A stretch of 64,000 nt of DNA from a virus, in the IMG/VR virus record IMGVR_UViG_3300042402_003181, one strand, 5' to 3'. The translations under genes and the position numbers were made by a program. The notes below the pieces were generated by a model, which searched no databases, had not been told where the DNA came from, and saw only the letters and a program-made list of their open reading frames with translations. Below, in pieces: positions 20,109 through 30,654 of the stretch. Numbering within the stretch: the stretch's first letter is position 1; each line of letters opens with the position of its first letter.

Positions 20109-23100
20109 ATGGCAAAACAAAGAATACAAAATTACGTTTTTTTACCCGGTGTTTCGAGTAGCAGTAATGCTTATCCAAATGCGTATTCTCTATTATCAAC
20201 AAATAAAGAATTTTTAAAAGCAGAAACAAAAGCATATATTAATGCACAGATTGCAGTAGATACTGCATCAAACTTATACCCAAATGCAGTTACATTATTA
20301 ACTAATAATAAAGCATTTATTATTGATGAAATTATTGCGTGGGTTGCATATCGTGTAACTAATAATATTTCTCCATTTGTAGGATATACTTATAGCGTGG
20401 CATCTTGTAGACGTGATACTAGTTATCTCATAGATGCGCTTATTTATGACATTAGATACGGTGGCAATGAACAAACTATTGATATTTGTAAAAATATGTG
20501 GCAAGGTGGTGCAGCTCAGTTAATATCTCCTACACAAGAGATTGCAGGGTTTACTCAAATATTTACAATAATTACAAACTTTATTTTACCAAAGACTGCG
20601 TACACAAGCCAACAAAGTCCAGTAACTTCTACACAAAACATAACAGGTACTGCAGGCGAAGCAGCTGTTCCAAATCGTATAAATTCATTACGAGATTTGT
20701 TAACTAATTCAATTCCAAATGGCTTATCTGTATTACCACCAATAACTTATTCGTTAAGAAAGTTTGCAGGATATGCATACAATCAGTCACGTTGCGATCG
20801 TGATATTGGTATGTTATTAGATGCCTATCTATATGATTTAAGATACGGCGGCAATTTTAAAACTAGATACGTGTCGTCTAAATTTTGGAATGGAGTTATT
20901 CCTCAAATTGTAGGCGATAGACAACCTGAGATTACTGCACAGACCTTTTTAAGAGATTTAGTAATTAACACTGTGTTTACTCAAACTGCGTATACACCGT
21001 TGCAAACGACTATTGATATAGTAACTAACGGATTAACTATTGCAGAATCAGGTAGTTCGGCAAGAATAACGTCATTATCAAACGAATTTTTAGGTGTGCT
21101 TACTAACGGATTAACAAGTATGCCAGCGTTAACTACTGGTGTAACTACTATTAAACTACAAGGCAAGTATAAATTAGATTCGATATTGTTAATCACAAAT
21201 ACAACGTCTAATCAAATTTTATATAACTTTAGTGATCCGTCAATAGGCGGCAGTGTGTTTATTGACGATGGATATGTTAGTAACGATTTTTATACAGAAG
21301 AAGATTTTCCATCATTTAGACAAACTACTGACCATGTAACTACCTTAATTTTAGGCGTAGACACATCAACCGGATCGGTTGCAGATGACATTCAAATTTT
21401 TGTAGAAGCTAAAGAACAACGAACTCGTCCGTATGATTATGGTACTGATGCGATTGAACGTCAACGTGTTGCTCAACCGCAATCTATGCTTGACGCTGAC
21501 TTTGAATACGGATTACAACCTACTAAATGGCAAGCTATTGGTATTAGTAGAGGGTATCCATCAGTATACGAAGTGCCTGGCACCGATACTCCGGTATTAA
21601 ATGTTACAACAGACGCTAGTGCAGGAACAGGCGGAACTGGCGAATCAACAATTACGGTAACAACAAGCTCACCTCATGGTTTTACTGTAGGAATGCCATT
21701 TACAATTAAAGCATTAGCAAATAGTATTTCTGGTTTTTCGAGAGCAGAAGGCACGTTTTTAATTAACACAGTTCCAACAACTACAAGCTTTACATATTAT
21801 GCCGTATCTAAAGTTGGGTCAACTAATGGTCAAGTTCTTGCAACAACATATACACAATTAAGAAAAGGAAGTTTCTATACAGGCTCAGCAATCGGAACTC
21901 CGACATTTGCTGTATATAGTAACGGATCAACTACTACATTAACTACTCAATTCATAACTACAGTAGGATCTGATCAGCTTGCATTTACCGGAACTCCGCC
22001 GGCTGTAGGCGCGCCACTATCAGGGTCAGCATCTCTTACATCCGGATCTCAAGTCGCAGGTGTTGTAGGTCCAGGTGGCATTGCATTAACTGCAAACATA
22101 GAAACAAGTGTTAGTATAAACGATACGGTAGTTGTGTTAACGTCGGCATCTGGTGTATTAGAAGGAATGGCAATTGATAACGGCGCAGGTACTGCAATCT
22201 TTGTTAGTAATGTATCCGCAAACACAGTTAGTCTTACTGGTCCAATTGTTACTGCACGGTTAGGGAATACTGCAACTTACTCAAATATATCCGGCACTAA
22301 TATACTAGTTACTACAGCAAGTGCTACATTTAACGTAAGCCGTGTAGACGGTGAATATCAAGCTACTGTTATCGACGGCGGAACTGGTTACATTGAAGGA
22401 AATCGAATTGTAATTTTAGGTACATCAGTAGGAGGTGCTACTCCTTTAAACGATTTAACTATTACAGTATCAACAATATTAGCAGGGGTTATTCAAACAA
22501 TTTCTGTATCTGGAACTAGTATCTCAGGCAACGGATCATATACAAATGTTACTCCAAATACTACTACTTCAGTGTCTGGAGCAGGAGCAACTTTTGATGT
22601 AACACGGTCAAATGCAGGTTACGGATTGCTAATAAATCAATCAGGAACTGGGTTTTTAGTTAGCGAAACTTTAACTATTTTAGGTATAAGCTTAGACGGA
22701 CTAAGTCCGGATAATGATTTAGTTATTACTGTTGATAGTATTAATGTAGATGGGGGGATTGTTACATATTCACTTATTGGCGTTCCTGTTACTAGTAATG
22801 CAGTGTTTGGTACGTTGAGCGGGACAAATGTTGCTGCTGCGGGTACAAATGCGCAATTTAATATTACTAGATCAAATAGTGCATATTCATTAACTATTAA
22901 TGATCCAGGTATTGGGTACTTTGTTGGAGATCAAATACTAATACTAGGAACCAGTATTGGCGGAGCAACTTCTGCAAACGATGCAACTATACTTGTTACA
23001 GGAGTAACTAACAACACAATTACCTCAGCTACTATTTTAGGTACCTCGGTTACCGGTGTTACGTTACCGTTCTATTCAGCAATAACTATTAGTGAGTTAA

Positions 23101-25754
23101 CGTCTAATACTATTGCAAACGGAGTTACTCTTTCTGCATCAGCAATCGGAGTTATCGAAGTTACGTTTTTATATAATCACGGATTAGTACCAGGAGCTTC
23201 GATATCAGTTGATATTACTAGTACCGGTACAAATCATTCGTTTGCTAAAGGTCCATCTTATGTTGAATCTGTGCCAACACCGACAAGCCTACGATTTACT
23301 TCTCGTGCTTCTGGAACAATCGATACCGGTACTGCATTAACTGGCATTATATACACTCGATCAGATAGTTATTTTATTCATAGACCATACGACGGCGGCG
23401 TAATGTTAAGCACAGGCGGTCCGCAACACGGTGCTCAAGCAATTCGTATGAGTAAGAAGTATATTCGTTACCAATCAGGTAAAGGTATTAACTATTGTAC
23501 AGGTGCATTATTTGCTCCAAGTTTTAATATTCAAACTGCAGTATCGACTGGAATTACTATCGGTTCAGTTATCACAATTACTATGGATGATGTTGATCAT
23601 GGTTGCCAAATTGGTGGTGTTGTTAAAATTTCAAATATTGACACAATGGGATTTAATGGGGTATACACAGTTACTGACGTAATATCAGAACGTGTATTTA
23701 GAGTACAAGCCCAAACTGTATTAGCAAGAGCAACTGCTGAGATTACTACTGCGGCAGTTATGTCAATTTTAAAATGGCACGGTTCTACAGTAAGAGCAGG
23801 GACATTTGATGATCAGAATGGCATTTTTATGCAGTATGATGGACAAACTTTTGCAGTTGGTAAACGGACAAGTACGTTACAATTAGCAGGGGTTGCTAAC
23901 CTTGCACGTGATACTAATTTAATTATTGGAACAAATTCTCGATATAGAGATCAAGTAATTGCAGGCGATCGTATTGTTATTAAAGGTATGACCCATATTG
24001 TTACAAAAGTTATTAGTCAGACTCAAATGACAGTTAATCCGGATTATCGTGGTGCATCAAACGCAGTACAAGCTAAATTATGTTTAGTTCAGGAATATAT
24101 TACTCCTCAATCGCAATTTAACATTGACAAATTAGATGGGACTGGTCCAAGCGGATTTAACCTTGATATTACAAAAATGCAAATGATTGGTATGCAATGG
24201 TCATGGTACGCTGTGGGTTTTATTGATTATATGTTAAGAGGAAGTGACGGTAACTTTATTTTCTTCCACAGAATTAGAAACTCAAACGTTAATACCGAAG
24301 CATATATGCGTACAGGTAACCAAGCAGTTCGATATGAAGTTGTTAATGAAAGCGCAAAAAGTAAATTGCTTTCTTCAATCACAGCAAGCCAAACTACTAT
24401 ACCATTAGCCGATGCAACTAATTTTCCTAATGAAGCAGGATTAGTTTATATTGATAACGAGTTAATTAACTTTAGTGGAAAATCAAACAATAATTTAATT
24501 GGGTGTACGCGTGCAGCACCTCAGGTATTATTTACTGGGGGGGCACAACGTACATTTACAGCAGGACCTGCAGCAACACATGAATACAATACTGGAGTAA
24601 TATTAGTAAGTACGTCAATTAGTCCTATTATTAGTCATTGGGGGTCGGCTATGATGACCGACGGTAACTTTGATACTGATCGCGGGTACATTTTTAACTA
24701 CGCATCTACTGGTATTAGCGTATCTACTACTAAAGCAACTGCGTTTTTAATTCGATTAGCACCGAGCGTATCAAACGCTATTATAGGCGACTTAGGTGAT
24801 AGAGAATTATTAAATCGTGCGCAGTTATTATTACAAACGCTTGAAGTAACATCTGATACAGGAACCGGTGGTATTGTTGTTGAAGGCGTATTAAATCCTC
24901 AAAACTATCCAACTGATCCTGCTAACATTACATGGGGTGGTTTAGCCGGTCTTGCACAAGGTGGACAACCGAGTTTTGCTCAGATTGCACCGGGTGGTTC
25001 TGTAAGTTGGTCAACAGGCGCTACTCAAACTACTGCAACTGCAACTACTAGTGCAACAATGACTACAACAATAACTACACTATATGGTACAGGTAGCCAG
25101 TCATTTATGTATATTACATCGGCATCGTGGACAAGTTCTGGAGCAATTGTTGGAGCAACCTTAACTACTAATTTTCCTGCAGGTACGACTATCACTGGCG
25201 CAACTAATCAAGGACAATATTATTTCGTTACTACTTCACAGCAATCATCTGGAAATATCAATCCAAATATAAGCATTGGGATATCACTAGGGGGCACATT
25301 AACAAACACTAACTTCTTATATTTTACACAAGCATCGTGGGTTGCATTAGGTGCAACTGTTGGCCAATCTGTATCAGCTACTGATACCAAGTTCCCAGCT
25401 GGTACAAGGATTCAAACCATATCAACTCTATTAACATTTGGTGTAACAAATTATTATAAAGTAACATTTACCCAAACTTCAAATACTGGTGTTACTACAG
25501 GTGCAACAATTGCGTTTACATTTGGGCAACCGCCGTACGCATTGCCGGGTGAAACTGTATTTTCATTTATTGCAGCACCGGGTGCTACTGCAGCGTTAGA
25601 TTTAAGAGATTTGAAAGAGTTGACTAATACTACACTGGGCGGAAGAGGAACATATCCAAATGGCCCAGACGTGTTAGCTATTAATGTGTACAAGGTATCT
25701 GGTACACCAATTACAGCTAACTTAGTATTACGTTGGGGTGAAGCGCAGGCTTAG
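20109..25754 (+). CDS. 1881-aa virion structural protein (tail/baseplate-associated)
   Basis: ORF track; GGAG RBS; CxRD helical repeats, DADFEYGLQPTKW block, three copies of a beta-module shared with the 2497-aa protein. Confidence 0.75.
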   Translation: MAKQRIQNYVFLPGVSSSSNAYPNAYSLLSTNKEFLKAETKAYINAQIAVDTASNLYPNAVTLLTNNKAFIIDEIIAWVAYRVTNNISPFVGYTYSVASCRRDTSYLIDALIYDIRYGGNEQTIDICKNMWQGGAAQLISPTQEIAGFTQIFTIITNFILPKTAYTSQQSPVTSTQNITGTAGEAAVPNRINSLRDLLTNSIPNGLSVLPPITYSLRKFAGYAYNQSRCDRDIGMLLDAYLYDLRYGGNFKTRYVSSKFWNGVIPQIVGDRQPEITAQTFLRDLVINTVFTQTAYTPLQTTIDIVTNGLTIAESGSSARITSLSNEFLGVLTNGLTSMPALTTGVTTIKLQGKYKLDSILLITNTTSNQILYNFSDPSIGGSVFIDDGYVSNDFYTEEDFPSFRQTTDHVTTLILGVDTSTGSVADDIQIFVEAKEQRTRPYDYGTDAIERQRVAQPQSMLDADFEYGLQPTKWQAIGISRGYPSVYEVPGTDTPVLNVTTDASAGTGGTGESTITVTTSSPHGFTVGMPFTIKALANSISGFSRAEGTFLINTVPTTTSFTYYAVSKVGSTNGQVLATTYTQLRKGSFYTGSAIGTPTFAVYSNGSTTTLTTQFITTVGSDQLAFTGTPPAVGAPLSGSASLTSGSQVAGVVGPGGIALTANIETSVSINDTVVVLTSASGVLEGMAIDNGAGTAIFVSNVSANTVSLTGPIVTARLGNTATYSNISGTNILVTTASATFNVSRVDGEYQATVIDGGTGYIEGNRIVILGTSVGGATPLNDLTITVSTILAGVIQTISVSGTSISGNGSYTNVTPNTTTSVSGAGATFDVTRSNAGYGLLINQSGTGFLVSETLTILGISLDGLSPDNDLVITVDSINVDGGIVTYSLIGVPVTSNAVFGTLSGTNVAAAGTNAQFNITRSNSAYSLTINDPGIGYFVGDQILILGTSIGGATSANDATILVTGVTNNTITSATILGTSVTGVTLPFYSAITISELTSNTIANGVTLSASAIGVIEVTFLYNHGLVPGASISVDITSTGTNHSFAKGPSYVESVPTPTSLRFTSRASGTIDTGTALTGIIYTRSDSYFIHRPYDGGVMLSTGGPQHGAQAIRMSKKYIRYQSGKGINYCTGALFAPSFNIQTAVSTGITIGSVITITMDDVDHGCQIGGVVKISNIDTMGFNGVYTVTDVISERVFRVQAQTVLARATAEITTAAVMSILKWHGSTVRAGTFDDQNGIFMQYDGQTFAVGKRTSTLQLAGVANLARDTNLIIGTNSRYRDQVIAGDRIVIKGMTHIVTKVISQTQMTVNPDYRGASNAVQAKLCLVQEYITPQSQFNIDKLDGTGPSGFNLDITKMQMIGMQWSWYAVGFIDYMLRGSDGNFIFFHRIRNSNVNTEAYMRTGNQAVRYEVVNESAKSKLLSSITASQTTIPLADATNFPNEAGLVYIDNELINFSGKSNNNLIGCTRAAPQVLFTGGAQRTFTAGPAATHEYNTGVILVSTSISPIISHWGSAMMTDGNFDTDRGYIFNYASTGISVSTTKATAFLIRLAPSVSNAIIGDLGDRELLNRAQLLLQTLEVTSDTGTGGIVVEGVLNPQNYPTDPANITWGGLAGLAQGGQPSFAQIAPGGSVSWSTGATQTTATATTSATMTTTITTLYGTGSQSFMYITSASWTSSGAIVGATLTTNFPAGTTITGATNQGQYYFVTTSQQSSGNINPNISIGISLGGTLTNTNFLYFTQASWVALGATVGQSVSATDTKFPAGTRIQTISTLLTFGVTNYYKVTFTQTSNTGVTTGATIAFTFGQPPYALPGETVFSFIAAPGATAALDLRDLKELTNTTLGGRGTYPNGPDVLAINVYKVSGTPITANLVLRWGEAQA

Positions 25755-26200
25755 ATACTATCGATAATATCGATGAGTGTTTGAATCTTAGTTTGAATGA
25801 CTTTGTTACGCAAGCTAAGATTTAAGCCGCGGTGTATAGGTTTAGGAAGAACGTTAATATCAAACCAACCCCAAGCAATATGTTCATCGCTTAAAGTTGG
25901 TACAAATTCATTTTCAACTAAACAAAAATATGTATGAAAATTAAAGACACTATCGTTAGATACAAACTTTTCTAACGGTAGTGTTTTTTTAATGTCTGGA
26001 AGAAATCCAATTTCTTCTTCAATTTCTCTTGTAAGACCTTGCCACGGATTTTCGTTAACAAGGTTAGTTCCGCCTACTAACCCCCAAGTTCCTTGATGTT
26101 TACCTGAAGACTTTTGTATCAGTAAGAAGCGGTGTGTAGCACGAGAATACATTAACGCACCACTACAGATGATTTGATCTTTTACAGTTCCAATCGCCAT
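25751..26200 (-). CDS. Nudix hydrolase
   Basis: Nudix box GGTNLVNENPWQGLTREIEEEIG; exact start uncertain (overlaps gp15 3' end). Confidence 0.85.
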   Translation of the reverse strand: MAIGTVKDQIICSGALMYSRATHRFLLIQKSSGKHQGTWGLVGGTNLVNENPWQGLTREIEEEIGFLPDIKKTLPLEKFVSNDSVFNFHTYFCLVENEFVPTLSDEHIAWGWFDINVLPKPIHRGLNLSLRNKVIQTKIQTLIDIIDSI

Positions 26201-27657
26201 TTACCCACCTTATAAATTCCTTCAAAACTCTTAACCCATGCAACTCCATTCCACCTGTATTGTATACCTGTGTACGTGTTAGTTTGCCAAATTATAGTAT
26301 CAAATTCATTTTGAGAATCAAAAATTACGTTCCATCTAGTTCCAGACCATTCAATAATATCATTTGCATGTGCAACTAACTCGGCGTCGTTAATACCTTT
26401 CCATGCATCTGCACCGTCTTCGTTTACAATACTTCCAATATCTTCTATTAACAAATATCTTAACCCAATTGAAGGTAGTTGATCAGTTCCTTTGTTTAAC
26501 GGATCACGCGGATTATGTGTTAACGGATTTATGATTGCATCAAACGACCCTGGACTATTTGATCTATTATTGTTTGGATTATACGCAACATCAGTATCTA
26601 AGTTTCCAACACTGTCAATTCCTGTATTTGAATTGAGCGTATCTCTATCCCAATTTACATGTAAAATTGTTTCATCAAACTCGTCTGTAGACACAGTACC
26701 GTTAATTTCATTTCCGTTGTCTTGAATTAAGAATACTCTACTTACTCCTGAAATAAACTTATCAGGGAACATATCTAATAACTGCGGCCACTTTAATGGC
26801 GGCGATGCGGGCTCTGGCATATCGTACGACGTATTGTTGTTTAAATCGGATACATTAGAATCATATAACGTTAATTGACTGTTATATGCTTCAATTGTAA
26901 AATCTTCTAACACAGTAACTATTTCAGTTAGTAATGTTGACGGCTGATTATCTGCAACATCGTAGTCAGACCCAAATCCTGAAATATACGGTGAATTTGC
27001 ATCGTGTATACCTGTAATAATTTTTGTAATAACGCCAAGCTGTTTAACTTTTACTGGAGGACTAATCCATATTGGAGTATCAACTGTTAGCGTACCAATG
27101 TCAATTGGTGTATCAGTACCAACAGGCACTGCCTTACTTGACCAATTGATGCTAGTTAAATTTAATACAGTTATACTAGTCCAATCTACATAATTGTCAG
27201 TAGTTTGTAGTTCTATACTTGGATTAAAGAACATTAAAATCTGTTCCATAATTTGTAATTTTTGGTCAGTATTTGCAGTCCATATATCAACTTTCATAGT
27301 TAATTTAAAAGGAGTTGGCATTAACCGTTCAATTGTATAATTACGACCTGGTCCGGAATTATATTCAGATCCAACTATATCCCGTTCTCTAATATTCTTT
27401 TTACTAACAAATGTTGAATCTGATAGTCGATCTTTGTCTAATTCTAATCCATGGATGTAAACACTAATTCGTGGTATTGAATTAACTGTATTCTCTGAAT
27501 TTTGTCTAATTATAGTTGCAGCTTGTCTATCAGCATCGCCATACGCTACTGGTATACGATGCAATGTGCCGTCACTGTATCTTACAGTAAATTCACTAAA
27601 AAATCTAATTGTCTGTGTGACGTACCGTCTTATGGCACCGTCATAAAAATGTTGCAT
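26182..27657 (-). CDS. gp15: Tail completion/sheath stabiliser, T4 gp15-like, with C-terminal extension
   Basis: HFYDGAIRRYVTQTIRFFSEF, IPVAYG, PRISV, QKLQIMEQILMFFNPS motifs. Confidence 0.8.
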   Translation of the reverse strand: MQHFYDGAIRRYVTQTIRFFSEFTVRYSDGTLHRIPVAYGDADRQAATIIRQNSENTVNSIPRISVYIHGLELDKDRLSDSTFVSKKNIRERDIVGSEYNSGPGRNYTIERLMPTPFKLTMKVDIWTANTDQKLQIMEQILMFFNPSIELQTTDNYVDWTSITVLNLTSINWSSKAVPVGTDTPIDIGTLTVDTPIWISPPVKVKQLGVITKIITGIHDANSPYISGFGSDYDVADNQPSTLLTEIVTVLEDFTIEAYNSQLTLYDSNVSDLNNNTSYDMPEPASPPLKWPQLLDMFPDKFISGVSRVFLIQDNGNEINGTVSTDEFDETILHVNWDRDTLNSNTGIDSVGNLDTDVAYNPNNNRSNSPGSFDAIINPLTHNPRDPLNKGTDQLPSIGLRYLLIEDIGSIVNEDGADAWKGINDAELVAHANDIIEWSGTRWNVIFDSQNEFDTIIWQTNTYTGIQYRWNGVAWVKSFEGIYKVGKWRLEL

Positions 27658-27674
27658 ACATTCTCCTGTTCCAG

Positions 27675-27682
27675 TATTTATT
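27675..27682 (-). promoter_or_regulatory. T4-type late promoter (AATAAATA) for gp15
   Basis: Motif on minus strand ahead of AGGAG RBS and gp15 ATG. Confidence 0.55.
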
Positions 27683-27693
27683 GCAGTATAAAA

Positions 27694-29127
27694 TTACAAA
27701 TCTGCTTTTGGTTTAAGTGCCGTTGATAAACTTTGACGTTCTGATTCTCTATGATTATACAAACTAACTCGCCATGCACCACTATACGGTATTACAACTT
27801 GCTCATCATTTACAATAGGTAAGTTAATTTTAATCTTTGCAACGCCATCTACATCATACGACTCGACTATATTAGTATATTCTGCAACCGCAAAGTCTAA
27901 TCTAACAGTTTCTAATTTTAATACAACATAAATTGCAGGAATACTAAAATCAATATTTGTATTAATTACCGCTGCATCGTTAGTTAATCGTACATAATCA
28001 GTACCAACTTCGTCTGTGTACATAAATTTAGTATTGTTAACAAAACTAGTTTTTAATGTTTGTCTAGTATTGGTATTAGTCATAGTCATGCGTACATTAT
28101 CTTCAACCTTTAACCATCGTTGGCCATTAAACTTAAATAATCTGTTTGGTAAAAAGTCAAGTCTTAAAAAGTAATCATCTTTTGCAACTTCTTGCGGAAA
28201 ACGAATCCCTTGTCCAAATACATAGCCATTTGGTGGAAATCCGTCACCGAACAAATAACCAGTATACCCGGTGCGCAATGGCATTGCATTACGACTAGAT
28301 GCGTTTAAATTTGTTAAACCGTCAATTACTTGACCAGAATGACTTGCAGTAATTTCGTCTGAATCTACTGTAGTCAACAGTGTATGACCTGTATCGGGAT
28401 CAATTGCTAATGTATAGAAATGTCTAACTTGAAATCCGCTCATTGGAGAATCAAGTTCTGCTTGTTTTACAATTGCATCGCTAATTTCAAGTTCTTTAGT
28501 TCGGGTACTTAACAATTCACGCAATGCATAATTAGCATCTTCGCCCGCAGGTTGATCAAGGATATCGGCATATTGTTGACTATCTGTAAGTTTTTTAAGT
28601 TTTAATCTATATAAATGAGGATACCACGTGGCACTGTAGCCTTCACTAGGACGATCAACCTCTTCAATAACAAAGAACCTAGGCATGCTTAAATCTAAGT
28701 CGTTTAATGCAAAATCATCTTTTAGATGTGGCAATTCCATAACATCGCCGGCAAGTGGTTTACGACCAATTGTAGTGATTATGTCATTAATGTGTACAGT
28801 CATAAACACTGTATCGTTATCAATAAATAGACCAAACTGACTTAGGTTAAAATTAAGATTTTGAAGTTGATAATGACCACGAATACGATAAATTTCTTGC
28901 TCGTACTTACGATCACGGTTTTCTAAGAATAATAAATCTTGAATATTTGTTTCTTTTATTACATCATATATTGGTTGATCAGCAGTTCCTTCTAACGGAT
29001 TTTTAGGTCCTAAATATTTATGAACGTGAACATCTGTGCAACCGACTTGGAACATCATTGATATTTGACGATCGATAAATCTGTAGTTATTGCCTTTCTC
29101 GGGTTTATAAAGACTAAGCCTCGGCAT
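27694..29127 (-). CDS. gp14: Neck/head-closure protein, T4 gp14-like
   Basis: LFLENRDRKY...FNLSQFGLFI..D...GRKPLAGDVMELPH...WYPHLYRLK; position between gp13 and gp15. Confidence 0.7.
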   Translation of the reverse strand: MPRLSLYKPEKGNNYRFIDRQISMMFQVGCTDVHVHKYLGPKNPLEGTADQPIYDVIKETNIQDLLFLENRDRKYEQEIYRIRGHYQLQNLNFNLSQFGLFIDNDTVFMTVHINDIITTIGRKPLAGDVMELPHLKDDFALNDLDLSMPRFFVIEEVDRPSEGYSATWYPHLYRLKLKKLTDSQQYADILDQPAGEDANYALRELLSTRTKELEISDAIVKQAELDSPMSGFQVRHFYTLAIDPDTGHTLLTTVDSDEITASHSGQVIDGLTNLNASSRNAMPLRTGYTGYLFGDGFPPNGYVFGQGIRFPQEVAKDDYFLRLDFLPNRLFKFNGQRWLKVEDNVRMTMTNTNTRQTLKTSFVNNTKFMYTDEVGTDYVRLTNDAAVINTNIDFSIPAIYVVLKLETVRLDFAVAEYTNIVESYDVDGVAKIKINLPIVNDEQVVIPYSGAWRVSLYNHRESERQSLSTALKPKADL

Positions 29128-29151
29128 ATTACTTCTCCTTGAGTGTTATCA

Positions 29152-29171
29152 TATTTATCGTAAGATAAATA
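29152..29171. promoter_or_regulatory. Back-to-back divergent late promoters (GATAAATA on each strand) for gp14 and gp13
   Basis: Minus-strand GATAAATA at 29152-29159, plus-strand GATAAATA at 29164-29171; AGGAG RBS on each side. Confidence 0.7.
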
Positions 29172-29187
29172 TAGTAGGAGAACTATT

Positions 29188-29958
29188 ATGTCTGACGAAA
29201 CCACATCATTGATAGAAAGAAATAAAGTATTTGAATATGTAAGCACTATGTTAGGTGCGGGAATGATTGATTTGGACCTCGACCCAATTCATTACGAAAC
29301 TGCATTAGATAGAGCGTTAACTCGCTTTAGACAACGCAGTCCAAATGCAGTAGAAGAAAGTTATAGCTTTTTAGAACTAGTACAAGATCAAAACGATTAC
29401 AGATTACCTGACGAAATTATAGAAGTACAGAGTGTATTTAGACGTGCTATTGGTTCACGTTCCGGTATGGGTGCAGGTGGAACATTGTTTGAACCATTTA
29501 ACTTGGCGTATACTAATACATACATGATGAGTGGTAGTATGATGGGCGGACTTGCAACTTATGAATTGTTTGCAGGTTACCAAAAACTAGTTGGTAAAAT
29601 GTTTGGTAGTTATATTGAGTTTAAATGGAAACCTACTAGTCATGTGTTGACAATCTTACAACGTCCATTTGCACAAGGTGAACAGATTTTAATTAAGTCA
29701 CATAATTATCGACCTGACTTTGTATTATTAACTGACATCTATGCTAAACAATGGTTGCGTGACTATACACTTGCAACTTGTAAAATTATGTTAGGAGAAG
29801 CACGTAGTTTATTTTCAACTATTGCAGGACCAGGTGGCGGAATTACACTAAACGGTAATGATATGAAATCTGCAGGTAAAGAAGAACTTGTTGCACTTGA
29901 TAAAGAACTTGAAACACAAATATCTGGCGGTCAAGGCTATCATTTTATAATTGGTTAA
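29188..29958 (+). CDS. gp13: Neck protein/head-tail adaptor, T4 gp13-like
   Basis: LGAGMIDLDLD..HYETALDRAL, WLRDYTLA..K..LGEARS.F..I.GP.GG.TLNG motifs. Confidence 0.82.
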   Translation: MSDETTSLIERNKVFEYVSTMLGAGMIDLDLDPIHYETALDRALTRFRQRSPNAVEESYSFLELVQDQNDYRLPDEIIEVQSVFRRAIGSRSGMGAGGTLFEPFNLAYTNTYMMSGSMMGGLATYELFAGYQKLVGKMFGSYIEFKWKPTSHVLTILQRPFAQGEQILIKSHNYRPDFVLLTDIYAKQWLRDYTLATCKIMLGEARSLFSTIAGPGGGITLNGNDMKSAGKEELVALDKELETQISGGQGYHFIIG

Positions 29959-29959
29959 C

Positions 29960-29988
29960 TTGACATTTTCCTAAGATGAGCGTATAAT
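29960..29988 (+). promoter_or_regulatory. Consensus sigma70 promoter upstream of dNMP kinase
   Basis: TTGACA-17 nt-TATAAT, perfect consensus. Confidence 0.85.
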
Positions 29989-30007
29989 GCGTTTTTAGGA
30001 GAATAAA

Positions 30008-30625
30008 ATGATAATTGGAATCGTAGGAAATATAGGCGAAGGTAAAGACACTGTTGCAGAGTATTTAGAAACACAACATAGCTTTAACCGTGAAAGTTTT
30101 GCAGGTACTTTAAAAGATGCAGTGTCTGCAGTGTTTGGATGGGACAGAGAATTACTAGAAGGTAAAACTCTTGAGTCTAGAGAATGGCGAGAACAGATTG
30201 ATCAATGGTGGGCAGATAAATTAAACATGGCTAACCTAACACCTCGTTTAGTTTTACAACTTTGGGGGACTGAAGTAGGTAGAAAGGGCTTTCATAATGA
30301 CATTTGGGTCACTAGTTTAGAAAATAAACTAAGAAATATTAATACTAATATAGTAATAAGCGATTGTAGATTTCCAAACGAATTTACTGCTATTAAGAAT
30401 TCCGGCGGTATTATTGTTCGTGTAAAACGCGGTCCAGAACCAGAATGGCAACAATATGTCACAGGCGCATTGGCAGGTAATATAGACGATATACTAATGT
30501 TAACTCACAGTGGTGTTCATGAAAGTGAATGGGCATGGTACGGGTTAACGGTTGATCATACATTAGATAATAATGGAACTTTGGACGAGTTGTATAGCAA
30601 AATAGCAGGAATTATTAAAGTATAA
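30008..30625 (+). CDS. gp1: Deoxynucleoside monophosphate kinase (T4 gp1-like)
   Basis: IIGIVGNIGEGKDT P-loop, SFAGTLKDAV, TPRLVLQLWGTEVGR, ISDCRFPNE, HESE motifs. Confidence 0.9.
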   Translation: MIIGIVGNIGEGKDTVAEYLETQHSFNRESFAGTLKDAVSAVFGWDRELLEGKTLESREWREQIDQWWADKLNMANLTPRLVLQLWGTEVGRKGFHNDIWVTSLENKLRNINTNIVISDCRFPNEFTAIKNSGGIIVRVKRGPEPEWQQYVTGALAGNIDDILMLTHSGVHESEWAWYGLTVDHTLDNNGTLDELYSKIAGIIKV

Positions 30626-30646
30626 GGCTATAAAATTACAATTTCC

Positions 30647-30654
30647 TATAAATA
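30647..30654 (+). promoter_or_regulatory. T4 late promoter (TATAAATA) for tail sheath
   Basis: Exact T4 late consensus 32 nt before the sheath ATG. Confidence 0.8.
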
